64,000 bases of DNA from Cyanobacteria bacterium LVE1205-1 (GCA_041879355.1 CP089922.1:864498-928497); one strand, 5' to 3'; positions 36,473 to 47,572 are shown, numbered from the stretch's first letter. Numbers and translations are program-made. The notes: generated by a model from the letters alone, not told the origin.

Positions 36473-36964
36473 TTAATCGGGAACTAATCCCTGTTGAGAA
36501 CTTTGGATATAGTCTAATAATCCTTCACAGGCATCCTGTAACAAATCCAATACTTGGTTGAATCCATCTAATCCCCCAAAGTAGGGGTCTGGCACTTCTT
36601 GTAACTTATGGCGTGAACAAAAGTCTGCCATAAGCTTTACCTTATGCCCGTATTCCTGATTACGATCCAAACTTAAAATCCCTTGATAATTATCCCGATC
36701 CATTGCCAAGATTAAATCAAATTGTGCGAAATCTGAGGAAGAAAATTGTCGGGCTTGACCTTTCATCATTATACCCCGTTGAAGGGCAGCAGCAACCATA
36801 CGCTGGTCGGGGGGACTCCCAATGTGATAACTGGCAGTACCAGCAGAGTCACAAGTGATTTTTCCTGATAAACCCCGCTTTATAATTAAGTCGTTCATCA
36901 GGTTCTCCGCTGCCGGGGAACGACAGATATTGCCTAGGCAAACAAAAAGAAGTTGATAGGACAT
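36473..36964 (-). CDS. Low-molecular-weight protein-tyrosine phosphatase
   Basis: The P-loop LFVCLGNICRSPAAE and the downstream DSAG. Confidence 0.85.
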   Translation of the reverse strand: MSYQLLFVCLGNICRSPAAENLMNDLIIKRGLSGKITCDSAGTASYHIGSPPDQRMVAAALQRGIMMKGQARQFSSSDFAQFDLILAMDRDNYQGILSLDRNQEYGHKVKLMADFCSRHKLQEVPDPYFGGLDGFNQVLDLLQDACEGLLDYIQSSQQGLVPD

Positions 36965-37112
36965 GGGGTTTTTATTGGTCTTTGATTTAATAGGATAACA
37001 AAGTTGGACAAAAAAACGATACCAATTATTCCAAACCTAGTTCTCGTTTCATTAAACTAATTGATTTTGCTCCAATATAATTTTCAGCACAGATCAACTG
37101 GGGGGGACGAAT

Positions 37113-37970
37113 TCAATCATTTCGTACCGATTGAATCGCTGCCTTAACTTTTCCCAAACTCGCTTGGTCACTGATAATTGTTTGGGCACTATGGATCAAT
37201 GCATCTAGTTTATATCGGTTGTTCACCTGGGCTGTCATAATGCGCAAGGAATCCCCGCGCAAGCTATAAACAATGACTTCTGCTGCCCTCAGGAAACCTG
37301 GACTAATGCTGACTAAGCCTAAACAACTATCTTGGGGTAAACCGGTAATCATCTTAATTTCTTTGGCATAATCATAAATGTCTACCGGGATGACTCTAAC
37401 GGAACGGGGAGCGGCGATCGCCTCTGCAGCTTGAATGAAATATCGACTGGTGACTACAGTACAAGAACGGGTTTGTTCTAAAACCTGTCCCAGTTCCTCC
37501 AAAGGCACTAACCGCACTGGCACCTTTAGGGACTGTTCCAATTCATCAGCAATCAACTGACCGGCTCCAATATCTTCTGTGGGTGCTGTAACAAGTACTT
37601 GATCATTGGAGGTTAGTCGCCAGTCTACTTCTGCCATGAATAATTCCCGGATTTCGGTTAGGGAATGACCTTTTTTTACCAATTGGTCTACTAAGGCGCG
37701 TACCTCTCCTTCATCCTCTTGGGAAAAAACGTATATGCCAGAGCCAGCTTGAGCTTCTACCACTTTTGCTTCTTCCAATTGGCGGTAAACCTTACTAATG
37801 GTATTTCGATGTAATCCAGTTTGCATCGCTAACTGTCGGGTACTGGGTAGTCGATGACCGGGAGGATATTGACCGGATGCGATGGCAAACTCGAGCTGGT
37901 TATATAACTGGGTAGATGCTGGAATTTCGCTATCGGGTTGAATATGAAATTGAATCATCAGTAAAGCCAA
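37113..37970 (-). CDS. GntR-family transcriptional regulator (PlmA-like)
   Basis: An N-terminal GntR wHTH (LPSTRQLAMQTGLHRNTISKVYRQLEEAKVVEAQAGSGIYV). Confidence 0.8.
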   Translation of the reverse strand: MALLMIQFHIQPDSEIPASTQLYNQLEFAIASGQYPPGHRLPSTRQLAMQTGLHRNTISKVYRQLEEAKVVEAQAGSGIYVFSQEDEGEVRALVDQLVKKGHSLTEIRELFMAEVDWRLTSNDQVLVTAPTEDIGAGQLIADELEQSLKVPVRLVPLEELGQVLEQTRSCTVVTSRYFIQAAEAIAAPRSVRVIPVDIYDYAKEIKMITGLPQDSCLGLVSISPGFLRAAEVIVYSLRGDSLRIMTAQVNNRYKLDALIHSAQTIISDQASLGKVKAAIQSVRND

Positions 37971-38091
37971 TAGGAAAGCGAAACAATAAAAACAAACAAA
38001 CGTACATCTTATTTACTACAGTAACCCATTATTCATCCCTCTCAATGAAATTTCATGGGAACCCCCATCCAAAAAAGGAATCTGACTAGAA

Positions 38092-39633
38092 CTATCCGCC
38101 TAAAAATAATTGGTAGGCAGGGTTTTGGCTTTCATTCCAGTAACGATAACCCAGCCCATCTAAAAAAGTTTGCCATTGGTGCATTTCATTGGGTGGTACT
38201 TGTACCCCAACCACAATCCGTCCGTAATCTGCCCCATGGTTGCGATAATGAAAAAGACTAATATTCCAGTCCGGGCTCATGGATGTTACGAACTCCATTA
38301 GTGCTCCCGGACGTTCTGGAAACTCAAATCGATATAATAATTCATTATGGGCTAATGAAGAATGTCCTCCAACCATGTGACGTAGATGTAATTTGGTCAG
38401 TTCATCGTCGGTTAAATCAAGGGTTGGGAACCCAAATGCTTCAAATTTCTCCGCCATGACGCGGGCATCTTGGCGATTTTGGATTTGTAATCCTACAAAA
38501 ATATGGGCATTATTTTGATCGGCAATACGATAATTGAATTCGGTTAGGTTGTGTTTGCCAATACATTCACAAAATCGTAATAAACTTCCGGGTTCCTCGG
38601 GAATGGTAACAGCAAAAATTGCCTCTCGATCTTCACCAAACTCAGCACGTTCAGCCACAAATCGTAAACGGTCAAAGTTCATATTTGCCCCACAGGCAAC
38701 TGCTACCAAGGTTTGTTGATGAATGTGTTCCCGCTCCACATAAGCCTTAGCGGCAGCGATGGCCAATGCCCCAGATGGTTCCAAGATTGATCGGGTATCC
38801 ACAAAGACATCTTTAATGGCAGCACAAATGGCATCCGTATCCACTAGGATCACCTCATCCACATAGGATTGACAAAGACGGAAGGTTTCTTCACCCACCT
38901 CACGCACTGCTACTCCATCAGCAAATAAACCCACCTGAGGAAGACGAACTCGTTTTCCTGCTCTTAATGATTGGGACATGGCATCGGCATCCACCGGCTC
39001 CACCCCGATGATTTTGATCTCAGGTCGTAAACGCTTAACATAAGCAGCAATCCCAGAAATTAAACCACCTCCCCCGATGGCGACAAAAATACCATGGATA
39101 GGCTGCTGGTATTGCCGTAAAATCTCCATACCAATGGTGCCCTGTCCGGCAATAACATGGGGGTCATCAAAGGGATGGATGAACGTTAGTCCATGGTTCG
39201 TTTCCAACTGACGAGCATAGGCATGGGCTTCATCGTAGGTATCCCCATATAATTGGACTTCAGCACCTTGAGCATGGACGGCATTCACCTTCACCTTTGG
39301 GGTTGTGACTGGCATGACAATCACCGCCCGAACCCCCAATCGCTGGGCAGCCAAGGCGACACCCTGGGCGTGATTCCCAGCAGAGGCAGTAATCACCCCT
39401 TTAGCTAGGACATCCCCAGGTAAGTTGATCATTTTATTGTATGCCCCCCTTAGTTTGAACGAAAAGACCGGTTGCATATCTTCTCGTTTCAAAAGTAAGG
39501 TATTCCCCAATCGGGCGGTTAGATTTGGTGCAAGTTCTAATGGACTTTCATGGGCAACATCATAAACACGGGCAGTTAGAATTTGTACTAAGTAATCGCA
39601 ATACATGGAGAGGAAAATTGAGAAAACAGGCAA
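38092..39633 (-). CDS. ilvA: Biosynthetic threonine ammonia-lyase with two C-terminal regulatory domains
   Basis: The PLP site SFKLRGAYNKM, GASAGNHAQGVA and GGGGLISG, in 513 aa. Confidence 0.9.
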   Translation of the reverse strand: MPVFSIFLSMYCDYLVQILTARVYDVAHESPLELAPNLTARLGNTLLLKREDMQPVFSFKLRGAYNKMINLPGDVLAKGVITASAGNHAQGVALAAQRLGVRAVIVMPVTTPKVKVNAVHAQGAEVQLYGDTYDEAHAYARQLETNHGLTFIHPFDDPHVIAGQGTIGMEILRQYQQPIHGIFVAIGGGGLISGIAAYVKRLRPEIKIIGVEPVDADAMSQSLRAGKRVRLPQVGLFADGVAVREVGEETFRLCQSYVDEVILVDTDAICAAIKDVFVDTRSILEPSGALAIAAAKAYVEREHIHQQTLVAVACGANMNFDRLRFVAERAEFGEDREAIFAVTIPEEPGSLLRFCECIGKHNLTEFNYRIADQNNAHIFVGLQIQNRQDARVMAEKFEAFGFPTLDLTDDELTKLHLRHMVGGHSSLAHNELLYRFEFPERPGALMEFVTSMSPDWNISLFHYRNHGADYGRIVVGVQVPPNEMHQWQTFLDGLGYRYWNESQNPAYQLFLGG

Positions 39634-39659
39634 CTTAGGATAAAGAACAGGGAATCAAA

Positions 39660-40178
39660 TTACACCTTTGCTTCTAACGATTTCAAAAACTCCGTATTGA
39701 CCCCCGATTCCCTTGCCAACGAAATTTTACCAGTCCGGGCAATTTCCCGAATACCAAATCGATTTAATACTTGGACAATTGCCACCATTTTTCCAGGATC
39801 CCCAACGACTTCGATAGTCAAAGAATCTTCAGCCACATCCACAATCCGGGCTCGAAAGATCTGTGTCAACTCAATAATTTCTGACCGATTGGAACTGGTT
39901 GCATTGATTTTCATCAACATCAGTTCTCGTTCTACACAGGGGATTTCTGAAATGTCTTGCACCTTCAAAACATTGACAAGTTTGTACAACTGCTTGGTCA
40001 GTTGCTCAATCACTCCATTATCTCCCGGAACTACCATTGTAATTCGAGAGATACCCATGTTTTCCGCTGGACCGACGGCTAAACTTTCAATGTTGAATCC
40101 ACGTCGGGCAAACAACCCGGCAATCCGGGTTAGAACTCCGGCTTCATCTTCAACCAAGACAGAGAGAGTATGTTTCAT
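39660..40178 (-). CDS. ilvH: Acetolactate synthase small (regulatory) subunit
   Basis: An ACT domain ([36 protein letters not shown]) plus the ALS small-subunit C-terminal domain. Confidence 0.9.
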   Translation of the reverse strand: MKHTLSVLVEDEAGVLTRIAGLFARRGFNIESLAVGPAENMGISRITMVVPGDNGVIEQLTKQLYKLVNVLKVQDISEIPCVERELMLMKINATSSNRSEIIELTQIFRARIVDVAEDSLTIEVVGDPGKMVAIVQVLNRFGIREIARTGKISLARESGVNTEFLKSLEAKV

Positions 40179-40320
40179 AAATTCAATACATTCAGGTTCA
40201 ATACATTTAGGGGAGTTCCATGGGCATTATCCATTTTACCATCACAATACGTGGTGAACTCTATAAACTATAGGGAGTTGGGCAGATGGTAACAGAATAT
40301 GGTCATTCCCAAACTACCCT

Positions 40321-41489
40321 TCATTCAGCACTGATGTCCTTATAAATCAATTCGGTTTGTTGAGCTAAACCTGACCAATTAAAACGAGTACACAGATCCA
40401 AATAGGCACTTTCAACCAATTGCTCACCCAAGGATGGTTTTTGAAGAATTTCTAAAATCCCTGCGGACAAAGAATGGGGATTATTTCTACTGGTCACTAT
40501 TCCTGTTTCTCCATGGCGTACAATTTCTGGAAGACCACCTGCGTCGGAAACCACTACTGGTACTTTTGCTGCAAAGCTTTCTAACACAACAATTCCAAAG
40601 GGTTCATACAGACTTGGAAAAACGGCACAATCAGCAATCGTTTGAAATCGATCTAAATCCATGTCGGACATAAAACCAGTAAAGTAGCATTTATCCCAAA
40701 TACCCAGATGCCAAGCCTGTGCCTTTAATTCTTCGGCGGTACCGACACCAATAATAACTAATTTTGCCTGATTCTTCATTTCAGCAAATACCCGAGGAAC
40801 TGCATTTAGTAATACGGAAATCCCTTTTTCGTAGGTGAGACGACCTACATAATAGATGATCCGTTCCCCATCGGCGGCAAACTGGCGTCGAAATTGTCTC
40901 GCATCAAAATCCACGGGGATACGTTTTTTCTCAGCCCGGACTCCATTGTAGATGACGTTGATTTTATCCCAAGGTATTCTTAAAGAATGGGTAATTTCTT
41001 GACGCATATAGTGACTACATACAATTACTCTCCAAGCGTGATGGGTAAGATGAACTTCCTTTTGTCCAATGTATTGCTGGGTTTTGGTATGTAACCCGTT
41101 GTGACGTCCAGCCTCGGTAGCATGGATAGTAACAATTAAGGGTAGCTTAAAGTGATGTTGCAGAGCGACGGCCGCATCACCCACTAACCAATCATGGGCA
41201 TGAATGATATCAAATGATCCTTCCGTGTGGATTAACTTACCACCGCGATCGCCCATACTTTCATTCATATGGGCGATCCATTGAAAGAAATCAATTCCCG
41301 GAGCAACGGAAACCCGGTAAACTTTAATTCCTTCTACAATTTCATAGGGGGGGCTTGTCCAAACTCAACTGTAATTAGATGAACTTCATGCCCCAGTTTG
41401 ACTAATTCAGGATAAAGCTCAGCAGCATGACGGGCTATCCCGCCTACGATACGGGGCGGAAATTCCCAACTAAGAACTAAAATTTTCAT
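40321..41489 (-). CDS. GT4-family glycosyltransferase (GT-B fold), frameshift in a G7 run at about 41346-41352
   Basis: The N-terminus MKILVLSWEFPPRIVGGIARH in the shifted frame, then the C-terminal EPFGIVVLESFAAKVPVVVSDAGGLPEIV. Confidence 0.75.
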
Positions 41490-41664
41490 CCTTGCCCTCG
41501 AACTAATCCTGATTGAATGGATATCTCGTTCGTTCTTGTTCTTTAATCTGTCGAGTGGAATTATGTGGAATTATAGTGCCGTGTACGGTTTAATAAATCA
41601 AGCTTAGAATCTTTTGTCAATGCCCCTATGACTACTTTACTTCAAGCTAATCAATTACATCAAC

Positions 41665-42305
41665 TATAATACTCCCCATATTCTGGACAGGTTAATAAGA
41701 TAGTCTCGCTGCCAATAGACTAAGAAACTATACGGAGGAGATTGCAAGCCATACAGCGAAAACGACATACCCCAGAGTTTAAGACGAAAGTGGTCGGGGA
41801 ATAAAACGATCAACGAAATCGCCAGTGAAATGGGGATTCACGCAACCCAGATTACTCAATGGAAAAAACAGGCTCAGGAAGGACTCAAGGAGATCTTTGC
41901 GGATCGCCGAGGGAAGAGCCAGGAACCCTTAATTGAGAACCTTTACCAGAACATTGGTCGGATCCAAGTGGAACTGGAATGGTTGCAAAAAAAATCTGGT
42001 CTTACCTCTTGAATCAAAGCGGGAATTCATTGAACTCGCAAACCGAGAGATCAGCATTGTGCGTCAGTGCGAATTGCTGGGACTCAATCGAAGCAGCCAG
42101 GGAAAGCTCACCTAACGAGTACCTGATGGGAAAGTTGGATGAGCAGTATACCCAAACTCCGTTCTACGGGGTATTGGGAATGACGGAAGTCCTGCGAGCC
42201 CAAGGAGAAGAGGTCAATCCTAAACGAGTCCGTCGTCTACTCAGGGTAATGGGGTTAGAAGCTATCTATCCCAAACCCAAAATCTCATCGCCAGGTGAGA
42301 ATAGT
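41665..42305 (+). mobile_element. IS3-family element copy A, 3'-truncated (orfA plus the first roughly 110 codons of orfB, ending at a junction with IS5)
   Basis: orfA reads ...GIHATQITQWKKQAQEGLKEIFADRRGKS...LEWLQKK, followed by an A8 slippery run. orfB N-terminus is ...ISIVRQCELLGLNRSS...PFYGVLGMTEVLRAQGEEVNPKRVRRLLRVMGLEAIYPKPKISS. The 5' 110 bp match the reverse complement of 47356..47466. Confidence 0.7.
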
Positions 42306-43021
42306 CGTCATAGTGGCGGCTGCTCCCCGCTGGGCAATGGCTTCATGACAGGCGAAGGTGTCATAGGCTCCATCGCCCGAAACTTGAGCAATCTCACCAG
42401 CAATGCCCTCTAGCAAACTGGGCAATATCTCGCTGTCGTGAAAGTCATTGGTGGTGACTTCAGCGACCATACTCTCGCCAGTGGACTCATCGATACCGAG
42501 GTGCAGCTTACGCCAGGTGCGCCGTTTGCCCACCCCATGTTGTCGGGATTTCCATTCCCCCTCTCCATACACTTTTACCCCCGTAGAATCCACCACAACA
42601 TGTCGAGCCCTGCTCTGCGGTTGAACCGGTATAGAAACCGATAAGGCAGCCAATCGACGCGATACCGTGCTGTGGTCGGGCATGGGTAGGGAGATGTCCA
42701 TCAACTGAAATACCGATTCAACAAATCCTTGAGCTTGACGCCCAGCCAGATGGAATAGGCTCTTGAGGGTCGCTACAGTCGCAATCGCCGTGTCACTGTA
42801 GAGTTGAGAGGCTCCTCGCCGACCCGTCGCGGTGTTCATTACCCATTGCTCAAGGGCATCTTTGCTCAACCATAGGGTGAGAGTGCCGCGCTGCTTCAGA
42901 CCAGCGTTACAATCAGACCAGTTGCGGACTCGGTACGGCATAGATGTCAGGTTTTAGGTGGTACTTCAACTTTACGCTATACCTACCCCGTCCGTAACAC
43001 CCTATTTATGCAACAACGCCC
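42306..43021 (-). mobile_element. IS5-family element copy 1, 3'-truncated (N-terminal 210 aa of the transposase)
   Basis: Transposase MPYRVRNWSDCNAGLKQRGTLTLWLSKD...DDE region ...VVDSTGVKVYGEGEW is about 95% identical to copy 2 at 50141..51070. The shared IR GGCGTTGTTGCATAAATAGGG lies at 43000-43021. It diverges from copy 2 after ...AQRGAAAT. Confidence 0.75.
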
Positions 43022-43187
43022 GTTGGTAATACAATCCTTCAACTTGTCGGAATCGCTTTGAGCGTCCTGATAATTTATTGCCTATCACAGACAAAGGTTA
43101 AAAGATTGTTTCAGTAAGGTTTAAAGACCTCCTCCTTGGCTTAACTGTTCTTTATGAGCTGTTACTAATTTCCACAATCATTTCACC

Positions 43188-43493
43188 TTACCGCAGTCTT
43201 TCTAAGGCATCAGGAAAAGTGATAGTCAACAGTTGCCGCAAGTTTCGGTTAGTAACATTACCACAAGATAGCCAAAGGATTTGAGGAGGGCTTCCCAATC
43301 GGCAGACCAAATCAACAAAATCGCTATCCTTGGTCATGATGACAGCATTCTCAACTCGTGCTGCCTCAAAGATTTCGATATCCTTGGCATCTCGTAGCCC
43401 GAAATCTCGCAACGCCATCCCATTTACTTTAAATGTAGCATTTAGCCAGCAGGCTAACGTTGGAGGTAACTGAGCATCAATCCAAATATTCAT
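43188..43493 (-). CDS. DUF5615 (PIN-like) putative toxin
   Basis: 101 aa, MNIWIDAQLP..L...L....F.V.....FG...A.D.EIFE.A......I.TKDSDF. Its start overlaps the upstream DUF433 gene by 4 bp. Confidence 0.7.
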   Translation of the reverse strand: MNIWIDAQLPPTLACWLNATFKVNGMALRDFGLRDAKDIEIFEAARVENAVIMTKDSDFVDLVCRLGSPPQILWLSCGNVTNRNLRQLLTITFPDALERLR

Positions 43494-43804
43494 GCGGTCA
43501 ATCGAGGAAAGTCAGTACGCCGTGCAGCAAATAGCAAGCAAGCTTGAATGTCTTCAGGCTCTAAATCAGGAAAGTCTTCCAAGATTTCTTTGATATTGAC
43601 GTTTTCAGCCAACATCTCTAAAATATCACTCACTCGAATTCTCATTCCTCGAATGCAAGGGCGACCACCGCACTGCCCAGGAGTCTCCGTGATACGGGTC
43701 AATAAGTTAGGTGACTGGCTCATTATGGATTTAGATGATGGGTTAGAGTTGTTGTCTTCATCATACAAGCCCTCGTGAGTAGTATAAAGTTGGTTGATTG
43801 ACAA
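43490..43804 (-). CDS. DUF433 putative antitoxin
   Basis: The C-terminal GGRPCIRGMRIRVSDILEMLAENVNIKEILEDFPDLEPEDIQACLLFAA is the DUF433 signature. Confidence 0.7.
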   Translation of the reverse strand: MSINQLYTTHEGLYDEDNNSNPSSKSIMSQSPNLLTRITETPGQCGGRPCIRGMRIRVSDILEMLAENVNIKEILEDFPDLEPEDIQACLLFAARRTDFPRLTA

Positions 43805-43889
43805 AAGTTGTACGCCCTCACCCTAGCCCTCTCCCATCGGTAGAGGGCTAAGGTGAGAGCTTTCCGGGTTTTGGCTGAGAAGTTTTGTC
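43792..43889. mobile_element. MITE-like element, copy 4, a short variant (98 bp, central core deleted), flanked by a perfect direct repeat AGTATAAAGT(TG)
   Basis: TIRs TTGATTGACAAAAGTTGTACGCCCTCACCC ... GGTGAGAGCTTTCCGGGTTTTGGCTGAGAAGTTTTGTCAGTCAATCAG. Confidence 0.7.
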
Positions 43890-44206
43890 AGTCAATCAGA
43901 GTATAAAGTTGAAGAAGAAAAGCTACTGCATCAGAGGACTAACAACTCAGCTGGAGCGGACTGACGAGAGATTCTGGTCGGGGTGCAAAGGTTATTAGTC
44001 GCCGCTGATTGGGAACGTTATGCCGAAACCGAGAAGTCCATTTAAGTTGCTTGTTCCTAGCCGAGATTAGACAAGCAAAGGTTGTTGGATTCGGTGAGCG
44101 GCGATCGCTGTTGCAAGCGGCAATCCGTTCAAGTATAATAAATGATTGGTATGGGCATAAATTATTTCAGCCGTTATGCATCAACAATTGCAACAGAATT
44201 TCCATA

Positions 44207-45745
44207 ATGACGAGTACCCAACAACGCGCCGCTCTGCAACGCCAAATCTGGCAAATCGCTAATGATCTTCGCGGCTCAGTGGATGGCTGGGATTTTAAGC
44301 AATATGTCCTCGGCACGCTGTTTTACCGCTTTATCAGTGAAAACTTTACCAGCTACATTGAGGCTGATGATGACAGCATCCACTACGCCGAGCTGCCCGA
44401 TAGTATTGTTACCGACGATATTAAAGACGATGCCATCAAAACTAAAGGCTATTTTATTTATCCTAGCCAGTTGTTTGCCAACATTGCTGGCAATGCCAAC
44501 GCGAACGAAAGCCTGAATACTGACCTAGCGGCGATTTTTGCGGCGATCGAAAGTTCTGCCAATGGCTACCCCTCCGAGATGGACATCAAGGGGCTGTTTG
44601 CCGACTTTGACACCACCAGCAACCGCCTCGGCAACACGGTTAAAGATAAAAACCTACGCTTGGCTGCGGTACTAAAAGGCGTGGCAGGGCTAGATTTTGG
44701 TGGTTTTGATACCAGCCATATCGATTTGTTTGGCGATGCCTATGAGTTTTTGATCTCTAACTATGCCGCCAATGCAGGTAAATCGGGGGCGAGTTTTTTA
44801 CGCCGCAGCATGTTTCGCGGTTGATTGCCCAGCTTGCCATGCACCGGCAAACCAGTGTCAATAGAATTTATGACCCCGCCTGTGGTTCGGGTTCGCTGCT
44901 GTTGCAAGGGAAAAAGCATTTTGATGCTCATATTATTGAGGATGGTTTTTACGGGCAGGAGATTAACCACACGACCTATAACTTGGCGCGGATGAATATG
45001 TTTTTGCATAACATCAACTACGACAAGTTTAATATGCAGTTGGGCAATACCCTGATTGACCCGCATTTTCAGGATGACAAGCCCTTTGATGCCATCGTCT
45101 CCAACCCTCCCTATTCAGTGAACTGGATTGGTAGTGATGACCCGACGCTGATTAATGACGATCGCTTTGCCCCTGCGGGTGCTTGCGCCGAAGTCGAAGG
45201 CGGATTTTGCGTTTGTGTTGCATTGTTTGAGTTATTTATCGAGCCGGGGACGGGCGGCGATCGTCTGCTTCCCTGGCATTTTTTATCGGGGCGGGGCGGA
45301 AGCCAAAATCAGAAAGTATCTGGTGGATAACAACTATGTGGAAACGGTGATCGCCCTTGCGCCGAATCTGTTTTTTGGCACGACCATCGCTGTGACGATT
45401 TTGGTGCTATCTAAACACAAGCCCGACACGACTACCCAGTTTATTGATGCCAGTGGTTTGTTTAAGAAGGAAACGAACAATAACACCTTAACGGATGACC
45501 ATATTGCGGCAATTATGGGGGTGTTTGACAGTAAGGAAAATGTGGTTCATTTTGCCCGATCGGTAGCCTGTGAAGAGATTGCAGCGAATGATTACAATCT
45601 ATCGGTGAGTAGTTATGTGGAAGCCAAGGACACCCGCGAAATCACGGACATCACTGCCCTGAATGCTAAATTAAAAACCACTGTTGCCAAGATCGATCGC
45701 CTGCGGACTGAGATTGAGGCGATCGTGGCGGAGATTGAAGGATGA
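44207..45745 (+). CDS. hsdM: Type I restriction-modification methyltransferase subunit HsdM, orphan (no hsdS or hsdR nearby) and split by two indels (about 44810, about 45180). GC content is higher than in neighbouring sequence.
   Basis: An N-terminal HsdM_N region ([32 protein letters not shown]), the AdoMet motif [11 protein letters not shown], and the catalytic NPPY (VSNPPYSV). Confidence 0.75.
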
Positions 45746-45823
45746 GTAAATCAAAACAGCCTATGGCTTCGATCGATACACCTGATAGCTATAACATATG
45801 CTTGATAAAAGACGATCGCTTTT

Positions 45824-46147
45824 ATGGAAAAACAGGAGGAAATATGGCAAGCAGTTGGCAGAATTACAGTTAATTTTCCATTGCTAGAATGTGATAAGTG
45901 CGCGATTACTGTAATGCGGTGGCTAAAAAAGCGGGGCATTGAAGCAAAGATTCTGCGATTACGAACCAAACGCCGTAGCGAAAACTTTATCACAAGCGAT
46001 CGCTATGGACTAGAAGAAGCAATAACTGAAAATGGGACTCATTACGGAGTAGAAGTCATGGGAAAAGTATTTGATAATTTATCTGCTGAAGGCTTGTCTC
46101 GTGAAGATTGGCTAAAAGACTTTAGGGCGTTGCAGGATAAAGTATGA
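45824..46147 (+). CDS. Hypothetical protein. The last 8 codons are read from the terminal IR of the adjacent IS1-family element, so the gene is 3'-truncated by the IS.
   Basis: The ORF runs into the sequence TTTAGGGCGTTGCAGGATAAAGTATGA, which recurs at 51160-51185 as the IS1 end. Confidence 0.35.
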   Translation: MEKQEEIWQAVGRITVNFPLLECDKCAITVMRWLKKRGIEAKILRLRTKRRSENFITSDRYGLEEAITENGTHYGVEVMGKVFDNLSAEGLSREDWLKDFRALQDKV

Positions 46148-46750
46148 ATCATGAAGAGAACAGGACAGAAGGGTCATGAAGATAATGAATCAACAACCGC
46201 ACAGAGTAACGCAACATATCTACAGACTTGGAATAGCAGAAGGTTTTACGGTGCAATCGTGCCAGATAGTGACCTAACCGAGAGTTTTCTCCCTCAACTC
46301 GCTTCATGGAAGTCTTGCTAATAATCTGATCACCATCAGGGATAAAACTTGGATATACAGTCCATCCATCAGTGACATAGAAATAGCATTGCCATGCCAC
46401 TACTATTGTCCATAATGGCTCAAAAGTCTCAGCACTATGATCACCTAAAGTCCAAGCTAGGATGCCCTTACGGAAATGGTCTACTGCTGTCCACACCCAA
46501 ATCTTGTTTTTTTGATCCGATAAATGTTTCCAGTTCATCCCATTCGCCCACATCGGGGATATTCTCTGGGGGATCGCATCAGGTAACTTCTTGCCTTTTT
46601 GTTTAAACCAATCAATGACTGTGGTGTGATGTACTCCCATCACTCTTTCTATAGCCCTGAATCCCATGCCATTGAGTATGGTACTCCCCAATGTCAAGAC
46701 AGAAAAAGAGTGAATTTAAGAAGTAATCTCGCTTAGCAGTGCATTTGTTG
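46125..46750 (-). mobile_element. IS1-family element (InsB-like transposase ORF 46149..46697), apparently lacking an upstream insA
   Basis: MGFRAIERVMGVHHTTVIDWFKQ (HTH) ...WVWTAVD...DHSAETFEPLW...YVTDGWTVY...RVEGENSRLGHYLARLHRKTFCYSKSVDMLRYSVRLLIHYL matches IS1 InsB. Confidence 0.7.
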
Positions 46751-47466
46751 TTGATGTTACATTAATTACATCACCTCCTTGTAAGGCATTTGTTGGTTAA
46801 TGCTGGACATAAGACAGGAAGACTCAATGCGAATCCATTACAAGGAGGCATTGCCTTTTCTGTGAACCATAGCTGGTGTCTGATAATCCAACCACTGATG
46901 TAAACGATCGTGGTTATAAAATCTGAAATAGTCCCCAATCCCTTGAATTGCCTCTGGCACAGACCTGTAGGACTTTAGGTACACATCCTCGTATTTCAAT
47001 GAGCGCCAAAGCCATTCCACAAAAATGTTGTCTAGGACTCGACTACGCCCATCCTGACTGATTGTTTCCCTCCTTTGAGTAAACGGTCAGTAAAAGCAAT
47101 GCTGGTAAATTGGCTGCCCTGGTCGGTATTGAAAATCTCTGGTATCCCTTGAGAGAGCACTTTCCAGGGCATCCAGACAAAGGGTTCCTGGCTCTGGCTC
47201 TTCCCTCGGCGATCCGCAAAGATCTCCTTGAGTCCTCCCTGAGCCTGTTTTTTCCATTGAGTAATCTGGGTTGGGTGAATTCCCATTTCACTGACAATTT
47301 CGTTGATCGTTTTATTCCCCTTGAAAACCTCTAAGACCACTTTCGTCTTAAACTTTGGGGTATGTCGTTTTCGCTGTATGGCTTGCAATCTCCTCCGTAT
47401 AGTTTCTTAGTCTATTGGCAGCGAGACTATCTTATTAACCTGTCCAGAATATGGGAAGTATTATAT
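46750..47466 (-). mobile_element. IS3-family element copy B, internally deleted. orfA is fused in frame to the last roughly 65 codons of orfB, giving a 118 aa ORF at 47032..47388 plus a 60 aa ORF at 46838..47020.
   Basis: MQAIQRKRHTPKFKTKVV...GIHPTQITQWKKQAQGGLKEIFADRRGKSQSQEP | ...IFNTDQGSQFTS...YLKSYRSVPEAIQGIGDYFRFYNHDRLHQWLDYQTPAMV. The terminal 110 bp are inverted relative to copy A. Confidence 0.7.
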
Positions 47467-47572
47467 TGTACGTGAGCATATTTTTGCTAATCTTAATAGC
47501 GATTGCATGATCTAGCGGTCATAGATCATGTTTTTGTCAATGCGCAAGTCCTAGAGACTTAAGTGAAATCAC

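Noticed and set aside
41985-41993. A8 run between IS3 orfA and orfB considered as another sequencing frameshift
   Set aside because: This is the expected programmed -1 slippery site (A AAA AAG type) of IS3-family OrfAB, so it is probably genuine, unlike the other homopolymer breaks.
47500-47535. 9 bp perfect inverted repeat CATGATCTAGCGGTCATAGATCATG considered as an attC
   Set aside because: It has no RYYYAAC or GTTRRRY boxes and no bulged bases, so it is more likely a small hairpin or operator.
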